A model generated the notes under the pieces. That model saw only the letters and a list, made by a program, of their open reading frames with translations. It did no database searches and was not told the origin of the DNA. This document shows positions 1 through 14,900 of a stretch of 64,000 nt of DNA, one piece after another. The DNA is from Eledone cirrhosa (lineage: Eukaryota). The stretch is taken from positions 124,001 through 188,000 of the forward strand of contig CAXHJY010000279.1 of assembly GCA_964016885.1 (NCBI GenBank), given 5' to 3'. Position 1 is the first letter of the stretch, and each line of letters starts with the position of its first letter. The translations under genes were made by a program, and so were the position numbers.

Positions 1-1479
1 TTGTGTGAATGAAGGAATGGATGTGTGAATGAAGGATTGATTGTATGAATGAAGGAATGGTTGTGTGAATGAAGGAGTGGTTGTGTGAATGAAGGAGTGG
101 TTGTGTGAATGAAGGAGTGGTTGTGTGAATGAAGGAGTGGTTGTGTGAATGAAAGAATGGTTGTGTGAATGAAAGAATGGTTGTGTGAATGAAAGAGTGG
201 TTGTGTGAATGAAGAAGTGGTTGTGTGAATGAAGGAGTGGTTGTGTGAATGAAGGAGTGGTTGTGTGAATGAAGGAATGGTTGTGAGAAGGAAGGAGTGG
301 TTGTGTGAATGAAGGATTGATTGTGTGAATGAAGGAATGGTTGTGTGAATGAAAGAGTGGTTGTGTGAATGAAGGAATGGTTGTGTGAATGAAGGAATGG
401 TTGTGTGAATGAAGGAATGGTTGTGTGAATGAAGGAATGGTTGTGTGAATGAAGGAGTGGTTGTGTGAATGAAGGAGTGGTTGTGTGAATGAAGGAATGG
501 TTGTGTGAACGAAGGAGTGGTTGTGTGAACGAAGGAGTGGTTGTGTGAATGAAGGAATGGTTGTGTGAATGAAAGAGTCGTGTGTGAATGAAGGAGTGGT
601 TGTGTGAATGAAGGAATGGTTGTGTGAACGAAGGAGTGGTTTTGTGAACGAAGGAGTGGTTGTGTGAATGAAGGAGTGGTTGTGTGAATGAAGGAGTGGT
701 TGTGTGAATGAAGGAGTGGTTGTGTGAATGAAGGAGTGGTTGTGTGAATGAAGGAGTGGTTGTGTGAATGAAGGAATGGTTGTGTGAAGGAAGGAGTGGT
801 TGTGTGAATGAAGGAGTTGTGTGAATGAAGGAGTTGTGTGAATGAAGGAGTGGTTGTGTGAAGGAGTGGTTGTGTGAATGAAGGAGTGGTTGTGTGAATG
901 AAGGAATGGTTGTGTGAATGAAGGAGTGGTTGTGTGAATGAAGTTGTGTGAATGAAGGAGTGGTTATGTGGATGGAGTGGTTGTGTGAATGAAGGAGTGG
1001 TTGTGTGAATGAAGGAGTGGTTGTGTGAATGAAGGAGTGGTTGTGTGAACAAAGGTGTGGTTGTGTGAACGAAGGTGTGGTTGTGTGAATGAAGGAGTGG
1101 TTGTGTGAATGAAGGAGTGGTTGTGTGAATGAAGGAGTGGTTGTGTGAATGAAGGAGTGGTTGTGTGAATGAAGGAATGGTTGTGTGAATGAAGGAATGG
1201 TTGTGTGAATGAAAGAGTGGTTGTGTGAATGAAGGAATTGTTGTGTGAATGAAGGAATGGTTGTGTGAATGAAGGAGTGGTTGTGTGAATGAAGAAGTGG
1301 TTGTGTGAATGAAGAAGTGGTTGTGTGAATGAAGGAGTGGTTGTGTGAATGAAGGAGCGGTTGTGTGAACGAAGGAGTGGTTGTGTGAACGAAGGAGTGG
1401 TTGTCTGAATGAAGGAGTGGTTGTGTGAATGAAGGAATGGTTGTGTGAATGAAAGAGTCGTGTGTGAATGAAGGAGTGG

Positions 1480-4400
1480 TTGTGTGAATGAAGGAGTGGT
1501 TATGTGAATGAAGGAGTGGTTGTGTGAATGAAGGAGTGGTTGTGTGAACGAAGGAGTGATTGTGTGAATGAAGGAATGGTTGTGTGAATGAAGGAGTGGT
1601 TGTGTGAATGAAGGAGTGGTTGTGTGAAGGAAGGAGTGGTTGTGTGAATGAAGGAGTGGTTGTGTGAACGAAGGATTGGTTGTGTGAATGAAGGAGTGGT
1701 TGTGTGAATGAAGTTGTGTGAATGAAGGAGTGGTTATGTGGATGGAGTGGTTGTGTGAATGAAGGAGTGCTTGCGTGAATGAAGGAGTGGTTGTGTGAAC
1801 GAAGGAGTGGTTGTGTGAATGAAGGAGTGGTTGTGTGAATGAAGGAGTGGTTGTGCGAATGAAGGAATGGTTGTGTGAATGAAGGAGTGGTTGTGTGAAT
1901 GAAGGAGTGGTTGTGTGAATGAAGGAGTGGTTGCGTGAACGAAGGAATGGTTGTGTGAATGAAGGAGTGGTTGTGTGAATGAAGGAATGGTTGTGTGAAT
2001 GAAAGAGTGGTTGTGTGAATGAAAGAGTCGTGTGTGAATGAAGGAGTGGTTGTGTGAATGAAGGAATGGTTGTGTGAACGAAGGAGTCGTTGTGTGAACG
2101 AAAGAATGGTTGTGTGAATGAAGGAATGGATGTGTGAATGAAGGAGTGGTTGTGTGAATGAAGGAATGGTTGTGTGAACGAAGGAGTGGTTGTGTGAATG
2201 AAAGAGTGTTTGTGTGAATGAAGGAGTGGTTGTGTGAATGAAGGAGTGGTTGTGTGAATGAAGGAATGGTTGTGTGAATGATAGAGTGGTTGTGTGAAGG
2301 AAGGAGTGGTTGTGTGAATGAAGGAATGGTTGTGTGAATGAAGGAGTGGTTGTGTGAATGAAGGAGTGGTTGTGTGAATGAAGGAGTGGTTGTGAGAACG
2401 AAAAAGTGGTTGTGTGAACGAAGGAATGTTTGTGAGAACGAAGGAATGGTTGTGAGAACGAAGGAGTGGTTGTGTGAATGAAGGAGAGGTTTTGTGAATG
2501 AAGGAGTGGTTGTATGAATGAAGGAGTGGTTGTATGAATGAAGGAGTGGTTGTCTGAATGAAGGAATGGTTGTGTGAAGGGGGTGGTTGTGTGAATGAAG
2601 GAGTGGTTGTGTGAATGAAAGAGTCGTGTGTGAATGAAGGAGTGGTTGTGTGAATGAAGGATTGATTGTGTGAACGAAGGAATGGTTGTGTGAATGAAAG
2701 AGTGGTTGTGTGAATGAAAGAGTCGTGTGTGAATGAAGGAGTGGTTGTGTGAATGAAGGAATGGTTGTGTGAATGAAGGAATGGTTGTGTGAATGAAGGA
2801 ATGGTTGTGTGAATGAAAGAGTGGTTGTGTGAATGAAGGAGTGGTTGTGTGAATAAAGGAGTGGTTGTGTGAATGAAGGAATGGTTGTGTGAATGAAGGA
2901 ATGGTTGTGTGAATGAAAGAATGGTTGTGTGAATGAAGGAATGGTTGTGTGAATGAAGGAATGGTTGTGTGAATGAAGGAGTGGTTGTGTGAATGAAGGA
3001 GTGGTTGTGTGAATGAAGGAGTGGTTGTGTGAATGAAGGAGCGGTTGTGTGAACGAAGGAGTGGTTGCGTGAACGAAGGAGTGGTTGTGTGAATGAAGGA
3101 GTGGTTGTGTGAATGAAGGAATGGTTGTGTGAATGAAAGAGTCGTGTGAATGAAGGAGTGGTTGTGTGAATGAAGGAATGGTTGTGTGAACGAAGGAGTG
3201 GTTGTGTGAACGAAGGAGTGGTTGTGTGAATGAAGGAGTGGTTGTGTGAATGAAGGAGTGGTTGTGTGAATGAAGGAGTGGTTGTGTGAATGAAGGAGTG
3301 GTTATGTGAATGAAGGAGTGGTTGTGTGAATGAAGGAGTGGTTGTGTGAACGAACGAGTGGTTGTGTGAATGAAGGAATGGTTGTGTGAATGAAGGAGTG
3401 GTTGTGTGAATGAAGGAGTTGTTGTGTGAATGAAGGAGTTGTTGTGTGAATGAAAGAGTTGTTGTGTGAATGAAGGAGTGGTTGTGTGAAGGAAGGAGTG
3501 GTTGTGTGAATGAAGGAGTGGTTGTGTAAATGAAGGAGTTGTGTGAATGAAGGAGTGGTTGTGTGAATGAAGGAGTGGTTGTGTGAATGAAGGAGTGGTT
3601 GCGTGAACGAAGGAATGGTTGTGTGAATGAAGGAGTTGTTGTGTGAATGAAGGAATGGTTGTGTGAATGAAAGTGTGGTTGTGTGAATGAAAGAGTCGTG
3701 TGTGAATGATGAAGGAGTGGTTATGTGAATGAAGGAGTGGTTGTGTGAACGAAAGAATGGTTGTGTGAATGAAGGAATGGATGTGTGAATGAAGGAGTGG
3801 TTGTGTGAATGAAGGAGTGGTTGTGTGAATGAAGGAGCGGTTGTGTGAACGAAGGAGTGGTTGCGTGAACGAAGGAGTGGTTGTGTGAATGAAGGAGTGG
3901 TTGTGTGAATGAAGGAATGGTTGTGTGAATGAAAGAGTCGTGTGAATGAAGGAGTGGTTGTGTGAATGAAGGAATGGTTGTGTGAACGAAGGAGTGGTTG
4001 TGTGAACGAAGGAGTGGTTGTGTGAATGAAGGAGTTTTTGTGTGAATGAAGGAGTGGTTGTGTGAATGAAGGAGTTGTTGTGTGAATGAAGGAGTGGTTG
4101 TGTGAAGGAAGGAGTGGTTGTGTGAATGAAGGAGTGGTTGTGTGAATGAAGGAATGGTTGTGTGAATGAAGGAGTTGTGTGAATGAAGGAGTGGTTGTGT
4201 GAATGAAGGAGTGGTTGTGTGAATGAAGGAGTGGTTGCGTGAACGAAGGAATGGTTGTGTGAATGAAGGAGTTGTTGTGTGAATGAAGGAATGGTTGTGT
4301 GAATGAAAGTGTGGTTGTGTGAATGAAAGAGTCGTGTGTGAATGATGGAGTGGTTGTGTGAATGAAGGAGTGGTTGTGTGAACGAAAGAATGGTTGTGTG

Positions 4401-7400
4401 AATGAAGGAATGGTTGTGTGAATGAAGGAGTGGTTGTGTGAATGAAGGAATGGTTGTGTGAACGAAGGAATGGTTGTATGAATGAAGGAGTGGTTGTGTG
4501 AATGAAGGAATGGTTGTGTAAATGAAAGAGTGGTTGTGTGAATGAAGGAGTGGTTGTGAGAACGAAGAAGTGGTTGTGTGAACGAAGGTATGGTTGTGAG
4601 AACGAAGGAATGGTTGTGAGAACGAAGGAGTGGTTGTGTGAATGAAGGAGAGGTTGTGTGAATGAAGGAGTGGTTGTATGAATGAAGGAGTGGTTGTGTG
4701 AATGAAGGAATGATTGTGTGAAGGGTGTGGTTGTGTAAATGAAAGAGTGGTTGTGTGAATGAAGGAGTGGTTGTGTGAATGAAAGAGTCGTGTGTGAATG
4801 AAGGAGTGGTTGTGTGAATGAAGGAATGGTTGTGTGAATGAAAGAGTGGTTGTGTGAATGAAGGAGTGGTTGTGTGAATGAAAGAGTGGTTGTGTGAATG
4901 AAGGAATAGTTGTGTGAATGAAGGAATGGTTGTGTGAATGAAAGAGTGGCTGTGTGAATGAAGGAATGGTTGTGTGAATGAAGGAGTGGTTGTGTGAATG
5001 AAGGAGTGGTTGTGTGAATGAAGGAATGGTTGTGTGAATGAAGGAATGGTTGTGTGAATGAAGGAGTGGTTGTGTGAATGAAGGAGCGGTTGTGTGAATG
5101 AAGGAGCGGTTGTGTGAACGAAGGAGTGGTTGTGTGAACGAAGGAGTGGTTGTGTGAATGAAGGAGTGGTTGTGTGAACGAAGGAGTGGTTGTGTGAACG
5201 AAGGAGTGCTTGTGTGAATGAAGGAGTGGTTGTGTGAATGAAGGAATGGTTGTGTGAATGAAAGAGTCATGTGTGAATGAAGGAGTGGTTGTGTGAATGA
5301 AGGAGTGGTTGTGTGAACGAAGGAGTGGTTGTGTGAATGAAGGAGTGGTTGTGTGAATGAAGGAGTGGTTGTGTGAATGAAGGAGTGGTTATGTGAATGA
5401 AGGAGTGGTTGTGTGAATGAAGGAGTGGTTGTGTGAACGAAGGAGTGGTTGTGTGAATGAAGGAGTGGTTGTGTGAAGGAAGGACTGGTTGTGTGAATGA
5501 AGGAGTGGTTGTGTGAATGAAGGAATGGTTGTGTGAATGAAGGAGTTGTGTGAATGAAGGAGTGGTTGTGTGAATGAAGGAGTGGTTGTGTGAATGAAGG
5601 AGTGGTTGTGTGAATGAAGAAGTGTTTGTGTGAATGAAGGAGTGGTTGTGCGAATGAAGGAATGGTTGTGTGAATGAAGGAGTGGTTGTGTGAATGAAGG
5701 AGTGGTTGTGTGAATGAAGGAGTGGTTCTGTGAATGAAGGAGTGGTTATGTGAATGAAGGAGTGGTTGTGTGAATGAAGGAGTGGTTGTGTGAACGAAGG
5801 AGTGATTGTGTGAATGAAGGAATGGTTGTGTGAATGAAGGAGTGGTTGTGTGAATGAAGGAGTTGTTGTGTGAATGAAGGAGTGGTTGTGTGAAGGAAGG
5901 AGTGGTTGTGTGAATGAAGGAGTGGTTGTGTGAACGAAGGATTGGTTGTGTGAATGAAGGAGTGGTTGTGTGAATGAAGTTGTGTGAATGAAGGAGTGGT
6001 TATGTGGATGGAGTGGTTGTGTGAATGAAGGAGTGCTTGCGTGAATGAAGGAGTGGTTGTGTGAACGAAGGAGTGGTTGTGTGAATGAAGCAGTGGTTGT
6101 GTGAATGAAGGAGTGGTTGTGCGAATGAAGGAATGGTTGTGTGAATGAAGGAGTGGTTGTGTGAATGAAGGAGTGGTTGTGTGAATGAAGGAGTGGTTGC
6201 GTGAACGAAGGAATGGTTGTGTGAATGAAAGAGTGGTTGTGTGAATGAAAGAGTCGTGTGTGAATGAAGGAGTGGTTGTGTGAATGAAGGAATGGTTGTG
6301 TGAACGAAGGAGTGGTTGTGTGAACGAAAGAATGGTTGTGTGAATGAAGGAATGGATGTGTGAATGAAGGAATGGTTGTGTGAATGAAGGAATGGTTGTG
6401 TGAACGAAGGAGTGGTTGTGTGAACGAAGGAGTGGTTGTGTGAATGAAAGAGTGTTTGTGTGAATGAAGGAGTGGTTGTGTGAATGAAGGAGTGGTTGTG
6501 TGAATGAAGGAATGGTTGTGTGAATGAAGGAGTGGTTGTGTGAAGGAAGGAGTGGTTGTGTGAATGAAGGAATGGTTGTGTGAATGAAGGAGTGGTTGTG
6601 TGAATGAAGGAGTGGTTGTGTGAATGAAGGAGTGGTTGTGAGAACGAAAAAGTGGTTGTGTGAACGAAGGAATGTTTGTGAGAACGAAGGAATGGTTGTG
6701 AGAACGAAGGAGAGGTTTTGTGAATGAAGGAGAGGTTTTGTGAATGAAGGAGTGGTTGTATGAATGAAGGAGTGGTTGTCTGAATGAAGGAATGGTTGTG
6801 TGAAGGGGGTGGTTGTGTAAATGAAAGAGTGGTTGTGTGAATGAAGGAGTGGTTGTGTGAATGAAAGAGTCGTGTGTGAATGAAGGAGTGGTTGTGTGAA
6901 TGAAGGATTGATTGTGTGAACGAAGGAATGGTTGTGTGAATGAAAGAGTGGTTGTGTGAATGAAAGAGTCGTGTGTGAATGAAGGAGTGGTTGTGTGAAT
7001 GAAGGAATGGTTGTGTGAATGAAGGAATGGTTGTGTGAATGAAGGAATGGTTGTGTGAATGAAGGAGTGGTTATGTGAATGAAGGAGTGGTTGTGTGAAT
7101 GAAGGAGTGGTTGTGTGAATAAAGGAGTGGTTGTGTGAATAAAGGAGTGGTTGTGTGAATGAAGGAATGGTTGTGTGAATGAAGGAATGGTTGTGTGAAT
7201 GAAAGAATGGTTGTGTGAATGAAGGAATGGTTGTGTGAATGAAGGAATGGTTGTGTGAATGAAGGAGTGGTTGTGTGAATGAAGGAGTGGTTGTGTGAAT
7301 GAAGGAGTGGTTGTGTGAATGAAGGAGCGGTTGTGTGAACGAAGGAGTGGTTGCGTGAACGAAGGAGTGGTTGTGTGAATGAAGAAGTGGTTGTGTGAAT

Positions 7401-10100
7401 GAAGGAATGGTTGTGTGAATGAAAGAGTCGTGTGAATGAAGGAGTGGTTGTGTGAATGAAGGAATGGTTGTGTGAACGAAGGAGTGGTTGTGTGAACGAA
7501 GGAGTGGTTGTGTGAATGAAGGAGTGGTTGTGTGAATGAAGGAGTGGTTGTGTGAATGAAGGAGTGGTTATGTGAATGAAGGAGTGGTTGTGTGAATGAA
7601 GGAGTGGTTGTGTGAACGAACGAGTGGTTGTGTGAATGAAGGAATGGTTGTGTGAATGAAGGAGTGGTTGTGTGAATGAAGGAGTTGTTGTGTGAATGAA
7701 GGAGTTGTTGTGTGAATGAAGGAGTTGTTGTGTGAATGAAGGAGTGGTTGTGTGAAGGAAGGAGTGGTTGTGTGAATGAAGGAGTGGTTGTGTGAATGAA
7801 GGAGTTGTGTGAATGAAGGAGTGGTTGTGTGAATGAAGGAGTGGTTGTGTGAATGAAGGAGTGGTTGCGTGAACGAAGGAATGGTTGTGTGAATGAAGGA
7901 GTTGTTGTGTGAATGAAGGAATGGTTGTGTGAATGAAAGTGTGGTTGTGTGAATGAAAGAGTCGTGTGTGAATGATGAAGGAGTGCTTATGTGAATGAAG
8001 GAGTGGTTGTGTGAACGAAAGAATGGTTGTGTGAATGAAGGAGTGGTTGTGTGAATGAAGGAGTGGTTGTGTGAATGAAGGAGCGGTTGTGTGAACGAAG
8101 GAGTGGTTGCGTGAACGAAGGAGTGGTTGTGTGAATGAAGGAGTGGTTGTGTGAATGAAGGAATGGTTGTGTGAATGAAAGAGTCGTGTGAATGAAGGAG
8201 TGGTTGTGTGAATGAAGGAATGGTTGTGTGAACGAAGGAGTGGTTGTGTGAACGAAGGAGTGGTTGTGTGAATGAAGGAGTTTTTGTGTGAATGAAGGAG
8301 TGGTTGTGTGAATGAAGGAGTTGTTGTGTGAATGAAGGAGTGGTTGTGTGAAGGAAGGAGTGGTTGTGTGAATGAAGGAGTGGTTGTGTGAATGAAGGAA
8401 TGGTTGTGTGAATGAAGGAGTTGTGTGAATGAAGGAGTGGTTGTGTGAATGAAGGAGTGGTTGTGTGAATGAAGGAGTGGTTGCGTGAACGAAGGAATGG
8501 TTGTGTGAATGAAGGAGTTGTTGTGTGAATGAAGGAATGGTTGTGTGAATGAAAGTGTGGTTGTGTGAATGAAAGAGTCGTGTGTGAATGATGGAGTGGT
8601 TGTGTGAATGAAGGAGTGGTTGTGTGAACGAAAGAATGGTTGTGTGAATGAAGGAATGGTTGTGTGAATGAAGGAGTGGTTGTGTGAATGAAGGAATGGT
8701 TGTGTGAACGAAGGAATGGTTGTATGAATGAAGGAGTGGTTGTGTGAATGAAGGAATGGTTGTGTGAAGGGTGTGGTTGTGTAAATGAAAGAGTGGTTGT
8801 GTGAATGAAGGAGTGGTTGTGAGAACGAAGAAGTGGTTGTGTGAACGAAGGTATGGTTGTGAGAACGAAGGAATGGTTGTGAGAACGAAGGAGTGGTTGT
8901 GTGAATGAAGGAGAGGTTGTGTGAATGAAGGAGTGGTTGTATGAATGAAGGAGTGGTTGTGTGAATGAAGGAATGATTGTGTAAAGGGTGTGGTTGTGTA
9001 AATGAAAGAGTGGTTGTGTGAATGAAGGAGTGGTTGTGTGAATGAAAGAGTCGTGTGTGAATGAAGGAGTGGTTGTGTGAATGAAGGAATGGTTGTGTGA
9101 ATGAAAGAGTGGTTGTGTGAATGAAGGAGTGGTTGTGTGAATGAAAGAGTGGTTGTGTGAATGAAGGAATAGTTGTGTGAATGAAGGAATGTTTGTGTGA
9201 ATGAAAGAGTGGTTGTGTGAATGAAGGAATGGTTGTGTGAATGAAAGAGTGGTTGTGTGAATGAAGGAGTGGTTGTGTGAATGAAGGAGTGGTTGTGTGA
9301 ATGAAGGAATGGTTGTGTGAATGAAGGAATGGTTGTGTGAATGAAGGAGTGGTTGTGTGAATGAAGGAGTGGTTGTGTGAATGAAGGAGCGGTTGTGTGA
9401 ATGAAGGAGCGGTTGTGTGAACGAAGGAGTGGTTGTGTGAACGAAGGAGTGGTTGTGTGAATGAAGGAGTGGTTGTGTGAATGAAGGAGTGGTTGTGTGA
9501 ATGAAGGAGTGGTTGTGTGAATGAAGGAGCGGTTGTGTGAATGAAGGAGCGGTTGTGTGAACGAAGGAGTGGTTGTGTGAACGAAGGAGTGGTTGTGTGA
9601 ATGAAGGAGTGGTTGTGTGAATGAAAGAATGGTTGTGTGAATGAAAGAGTCATGTGTGAATGAAGGAGTGGTTGTGTGAATGAAGGAATGGTTGTGTGAA
9701 CGAAGGAGTGGTTGTGTGAATGAAGGAGTGGTTGTGTGAATGAAGGAGTGGTTGTGTGAATGAAGGAGTGGTTATGTGAATGAAGGAGTGGTTGTGTGAA
9801 TGAAGGAGTGGTTGTGTGAACGAAGGAGTGGTTGTGTGAATGAAGGAGTGGTTGTGTGAAGGAAGGACTGGTTGTGTGAATGAAGGAGTGGTTGTGTGAA
9901 TGAAGGAATGGTTGTGTGAATGAAGGAGTTGTGTGAATGAAGGAGTGGTTGTGTGAATGAAGGAGTGGTTGTGTGAATGAAGGAGTGGTTGTGTGAATGA
10001 AGAAGTGTTTGTGTGAATGAAGGAGTGGTTGTGCGAATGAAGGAATGGTTTTGTGAATGGAGTGGTTGTGTGAATGAAGGAGTGGTTGTGTGAATGAAGG
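1480..10100. repeat. Higher-order tandem duplication within the satellite, period ~4.27-4.38 kb
   Basis: Rare variants recur at a near-fixed offset: TTATGTGGATGGAG (GATGG at 1741 and 6007) and the GATGAAGG insertion (3708 and 7974) are both +4266; GTCATG (5268 and 9651) is +4383. Boundaries are approximate. Confidence 0.8.
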
Positions 10101-11999
10101 AGTGGTTCTGTGAATGAAGGAGTGGTTGCGTGAACGAAGGAATGGTTGTGTGAATGAAGGAGTGGTTGTGTAAATGAAGGAATGGTTGTGTGAATGAAAG
10201 AGTGGTTGTGTGAATGAAAGAGTCGTGTGTGAATGAAGGAGTGGTTGTGTGAATGAAGGAATGGTTGTGTGAATGAAGGAATGGTTGTGTGAACGAAAGA
10301 ATGGTTGTGTGAATGAAGGAGTGGTTGTGTGAATGAAGGAATGGTTGTGTGAATGAAGCAGTGTTTGTGTGAAGGAAGGAGTGGTTGTGTGAATGAAGGA
10401 GTGGTTGTGTGAATGGTGGAATGGTTGTGTGAATGAAGGAGTGGTTGTGTGAATGAAGGAGTGGTTGTGTGAATGAAGGAATGGTTGTGTGAATGAAGGA
10501 ATGGTTGTGTGAATGAAGGAATGGTTGTGTGAATGAAAGAGTGGTTGTGTGAATGAAGGAGTGGTTGTGTGAATAAAGGAGTGGTTGTGTGAATGAAGGA
10601 ATGGTTGTGTAAATAAAGGAATGGTTGTGTGAATAAAGGAATGGTTGTGTGAATGAAGGAATGGTTGTGTGAATGAAAGAGTGGTTGTGTGAATGAAGGA
10701 GTGGTTGTGTGAATAAAGGAGTGGTTGTGTGAATGAAGGAATGGTTGTGTGAATGAAGGAATGGTTGTGTGAATGAAAGAGTGGTTGTGTGAATGAAGGA
10801 ATGGTTGTGTGAATGAAGGAATGGTTGTGTGAATGAAGGAATGGTTGTGTGAATGAAGGAATGGTTGTGTGAATGAAGGAGTGGTTGCGTGAACGAAGGA
10901 GTGGTTGTGTGAATGAAGGAGTGGTTGTGTGAATGAAGGAATGGTTGTGTGAATGAAAGAGTCGTGTGAATGAAGGAGTGGTTGTGTGAATGAAGAAATG
11001 GTTGTGTGAACGAAGGAGTGGTTGTGTGAACGAAGGAGTGGTTGTGTGAATGAAGGAGTGGTTGTGTGAATGAAGGAGTGGTTGTCTGAATGAAGGAGTG
11101 GTTATGTGAATGAAGGAGTGGTTGTGTGAATGAAGGAGTGGTTGTGTGAATGAAGGAGTGGTTGTGTGAACGAACGAATGGTTGTGTGAATGAAGGAATG
11201 GTTGTGTGAATGAAGGAGTGGTTGTGTGAATGAAGGAGTCGTTGTGTGAATGAAGGAGTTGTTGTGTGAATGAAGTTGTTGTGTGAATGAAGGAGTTGTT
11301 GTTTGAAGGAAGGAGTGGTTGTGTGAAGGAAGGAGTGTTTGTGTGAATGAAGGAGTGGTTGTGTGAATGAAGGAATGGTTGTGTGAATGAAGGAGTGGTT
11401 GTCTGAATGAAGGAGTGGTTATGTGAATGAAGGAGTGGTTGTGTGAATGAAGGCGTGGTTGTGTGAATGAATGAGTGGTTGTGTGAATGAAGGAGTGGTT
11501 GTGTGAATGAAGGAGTGGTTGCGTGAACGAAGGAATGGTTGTGTGAATGAAGGAGTTGTTGTGTGAATGAAGGAATGGTTGTGTGAATGAAAGTGTGGTT
11601 GTGTGAATGAAAGAGTCGTGTGTGAATGATGGAGTGGTTGTGTGAATGAAGGAATGGTTGTGTGGACGAAGGAGTGGTTGTGTGAATGAAGGAATGGATG
11701 TGTGAATGAAGGAGTGGTTGTATGAATGAAGGAGTGGCTGTGTGAATGAAGGAATGGTTGTGTGAACGAAGGAATGGTTGTATGAATGAAGGAGTGGTTG
11801 TGTGAATGAAGGAATGGTTGTGTGAAGGGTGTGGTTGTGTAAATGAAAGAGTGGTTGTGTGAATGAAGGAGTGGTTGTGAGAACGAAGAAGTGGTTGTGT
11901 GAACGAAGGAATGGTTGTGAGAACGAAGGAATGGTTGTGAGAACGAAGGAGTGGTTGTGTGAATGAAGGAGAGGTTGTGTGAATGATGGAGTGGTTGTA

Positions 12000-14900
12000 T
12001 GAATGAAGGAGTGGTTGTGTGAATGAAGGAATGGTTGTGTGAAGGGTGTGGTTGTGTAAATGAAAGAGTGGTTGTGTGAATGTAGGAGTGGTTGTGTGAA
12101 TGAAAGAGTCGTGTGTGAATGAAGGAGTGGTTGTGTGAATGAAGGAATGGTTGTGTGAATGAAAGAGTGGTTGTGTGAATGAAGGGGTGGTTGTGTGAAT
12201 GAAAGAGTGGTTGTGTGAATGAAGGAGTGGTTGTGTGAATGAAGGAATGGTTGTGTGAATGAAAGATTGGTTGTGTGAATGAAGGAGTGGTTGTGTGAAT
12301 GAAGGAGTGGTTGTGTGAATGAAGGAATGGTTGTGTGAATGAAGGAATGGTTGTGTGAATGAAAGAGTGGTTGTGTGAATGAAGGAATGGTTGTGTGAAT
12401 GAAAGAATGGTTGTGTGAATGAAGGAGTGGTTGTGTGAATGAAGGAGTGGTTGTGTGAATGAAGGAGCGGTTGTGTGAATGAAGGAGCGGTTGTGTGAAC
12501 GAAGGAGTGGTTGTGTGAACGAAGGAATGGTTGTGTGAACGAAAGAGTGGTTGTGTGAATGAAGGAGTGGTTGTGTGAACGAAGGAGTGGTTGTGTGAAT
12601 GAAGGAGTTGTTGTGTGAATGAAGGAGTGGTTGTGTGAATGAATGAGTGGTTGTGTGAATGAACGAGTGGTTGTGTGAATGAAGGAGTGGTTGTGTGAAT
12701 GAAGGAATGGTTGTGTGAACGAAGGAATGGTTGTGAGAATGAAGGAGTGGTTGTATGAATGAAAGAGTGGTTGTGTGAATGAAGGAGTGGTTGTGTGAAT
12801 GAAGGAGTGGCTGTGTGAATGAAAGAATGGTTGTGTGAATGAAGGAGTGGTTGTGTGAATGAAGGAATGGTTGTGTGAATGAAGCAGTGTTTGTGTGAAG
12901 GAAGGAGTGGTTGTGTGAATGAAGGAGTGGTTGTGTGAATGGTGGAATGGTTGTGTAAATGAAAGAGTGGTTGTGTGAATGAAGGAGTGGTTGTGTGAAT
13001 GAAGGAGGTGTTGTGTGAATGAAAGAGTGGTTGTGTGAATGAAGGAGTGGTTGTGAGAATGAAGGAGTGGTTGTGAGAACGAAGGAGTGGTTGTGAGAAC
13101 GGAGTGGTTGTGTGAACGAAGGAGTGGTTGTGTGAATGAAGGAGTGATTGTGTGAATGAAGAAGTGGTTGTGTGAATGAAGGAGTGGTTGTGTGAATGAA
13201 GGAGTGGTTGTGTGAAGGAAGGAGTGGTTGTGTGAACGAAGGAATGGTTGTGTGAATGAAAGAGTGGTTGTGTGAATGAAAGAGTGGTTGTGTGAATGAA
13301 GGAGTGGTTGTGTGAATGAAAGAGTGGTTGTGTGAATAAAAGAGTGGTTGTGTGAATGAAAGAGTGGTTGTGTGAATGAAGGAGTGGTTGTGTGAATGAA
13401 GGAGTGGTTGTGTGAATGAAGGAATGGTTGTGTGAATGAAGGAGTGGTTGTGTGAATGAAAGTGTGGTTGTGTGAATGAAGGAGTAGTTGTGTGAATGAA
13501 GGAATGGTTGTGTGAATGAAAGAGTGGTTGTGTGAATGAAAGAGTGGTTGTGTGAATGAAGGAATAGTTGTGTGAATGAAGGAATGGTAGTGTGAATGAA
13601 GGAGTGGTTGTGTGAATGAAGGAGTGGTTGTGTGAATGAAGGAATGGTTGTGTGAATGAAGGAGTGGTTGTGTGAATGAGGGAGTGGTTGTGAGAACGAT
13701 GAAGTGGTTGTGTGAACGAAGGAATGGTTGTGAGAACGAAGGAATGGTTGTGAGAACGAAGGAGTGGTTGTGTGAATGAAGGAGTGGTTGTGTGAATGAA
13801 GGAGTGGTTGTATGAATGAAGGAGTGGTTGTGTGAATGAAGGAATGGTTGTGTGAATGAAGGGGTGTTTGTGTGAATGAAAGAATGGTTGTGTGAATGAA
13901 AGAGTGGTTGTCTGAATGAAGGAATGGTTGTGAGAACGAAGGGGTGGTTGTGAGAACGAAGGAGTGGTTGTGTGAATGAAGGAATGGTTGTGTGAACGAA
14001 GGAGTGGTTGTGTGAATGAAGGAATGCTTGTGTGAATGAAAGAGTGGTTGTGTGAATGAAAGAGTGGTTGTATGAATGAAGGAGTGGTTGTGTGAATGAA
14101 GGAGTGGTTGTGTGAATGAAGGAGTCGTTGTGTGAACGAAGGAGTGGTTGTGTGAATGAAGGAATGGTTGTGTGAACGAAGGAGTGATTGTGTGAACGAA
14201 GGAGTGGTTGTGTGAACGAAGGAGTGGTTGTGTGAATGAAGGAGTGGTTGTGTGAATGAAGGAGTGGTTGTGTGAATGAAGGAGTGGTTGTGTGAATGAA
14301 GGAGTGGTTGTGTGAATGAAAGAGTGGTTGTGTGAATGAAAGAGTGGTTGTGTGAATGAAAGAGTGGTTGTGTGAATGAAGGAGTGGTTGTGTGAATGAC
14401 GGAGTGGTTGTGTGAATGAAGGAATGGTTGTGTGAATGAAAGAGTGTTTGTGTGAATGAAAGAGTCTTGTGTAAATGGAGGAGTGGTTGTGTGAACGAAG
14501 GAGTGGTTGTGTGAACGAAAGAATGGTTGTGTGAATGAAGGAGTGGTTGTGTGAATGAAGGAGTGGTTGTGTGAATGAAGGAATGGTTGTGTGAATGAAA
14601 GAGTGGTTGTGTGAATGAAAGAGTGGTTGTGTGAATGAAGGAATAGTTGTGTGAATGAAGGAATGGTTGTGTGAATGAAAGAGTGGTTGTGTGAATGAAG
14701 GAGTGGTTGTGTGAATGAAGGAGTGGTTGTGTGAATGAAGGAATGGTTGTGTGATTGAAGGAATGCTAGTGTGAATGAAGGAGTGGTTGTGTGAATGAAG
14801 GAGTGGTTGTGTGAATGAAGGAGAGGTTGTGTGAATGAGGAGTGGTTGTGTGAATGAAGGAGTGGTTGTGAGAACGAAGAAGTGGTTGTGTGAACGAAGG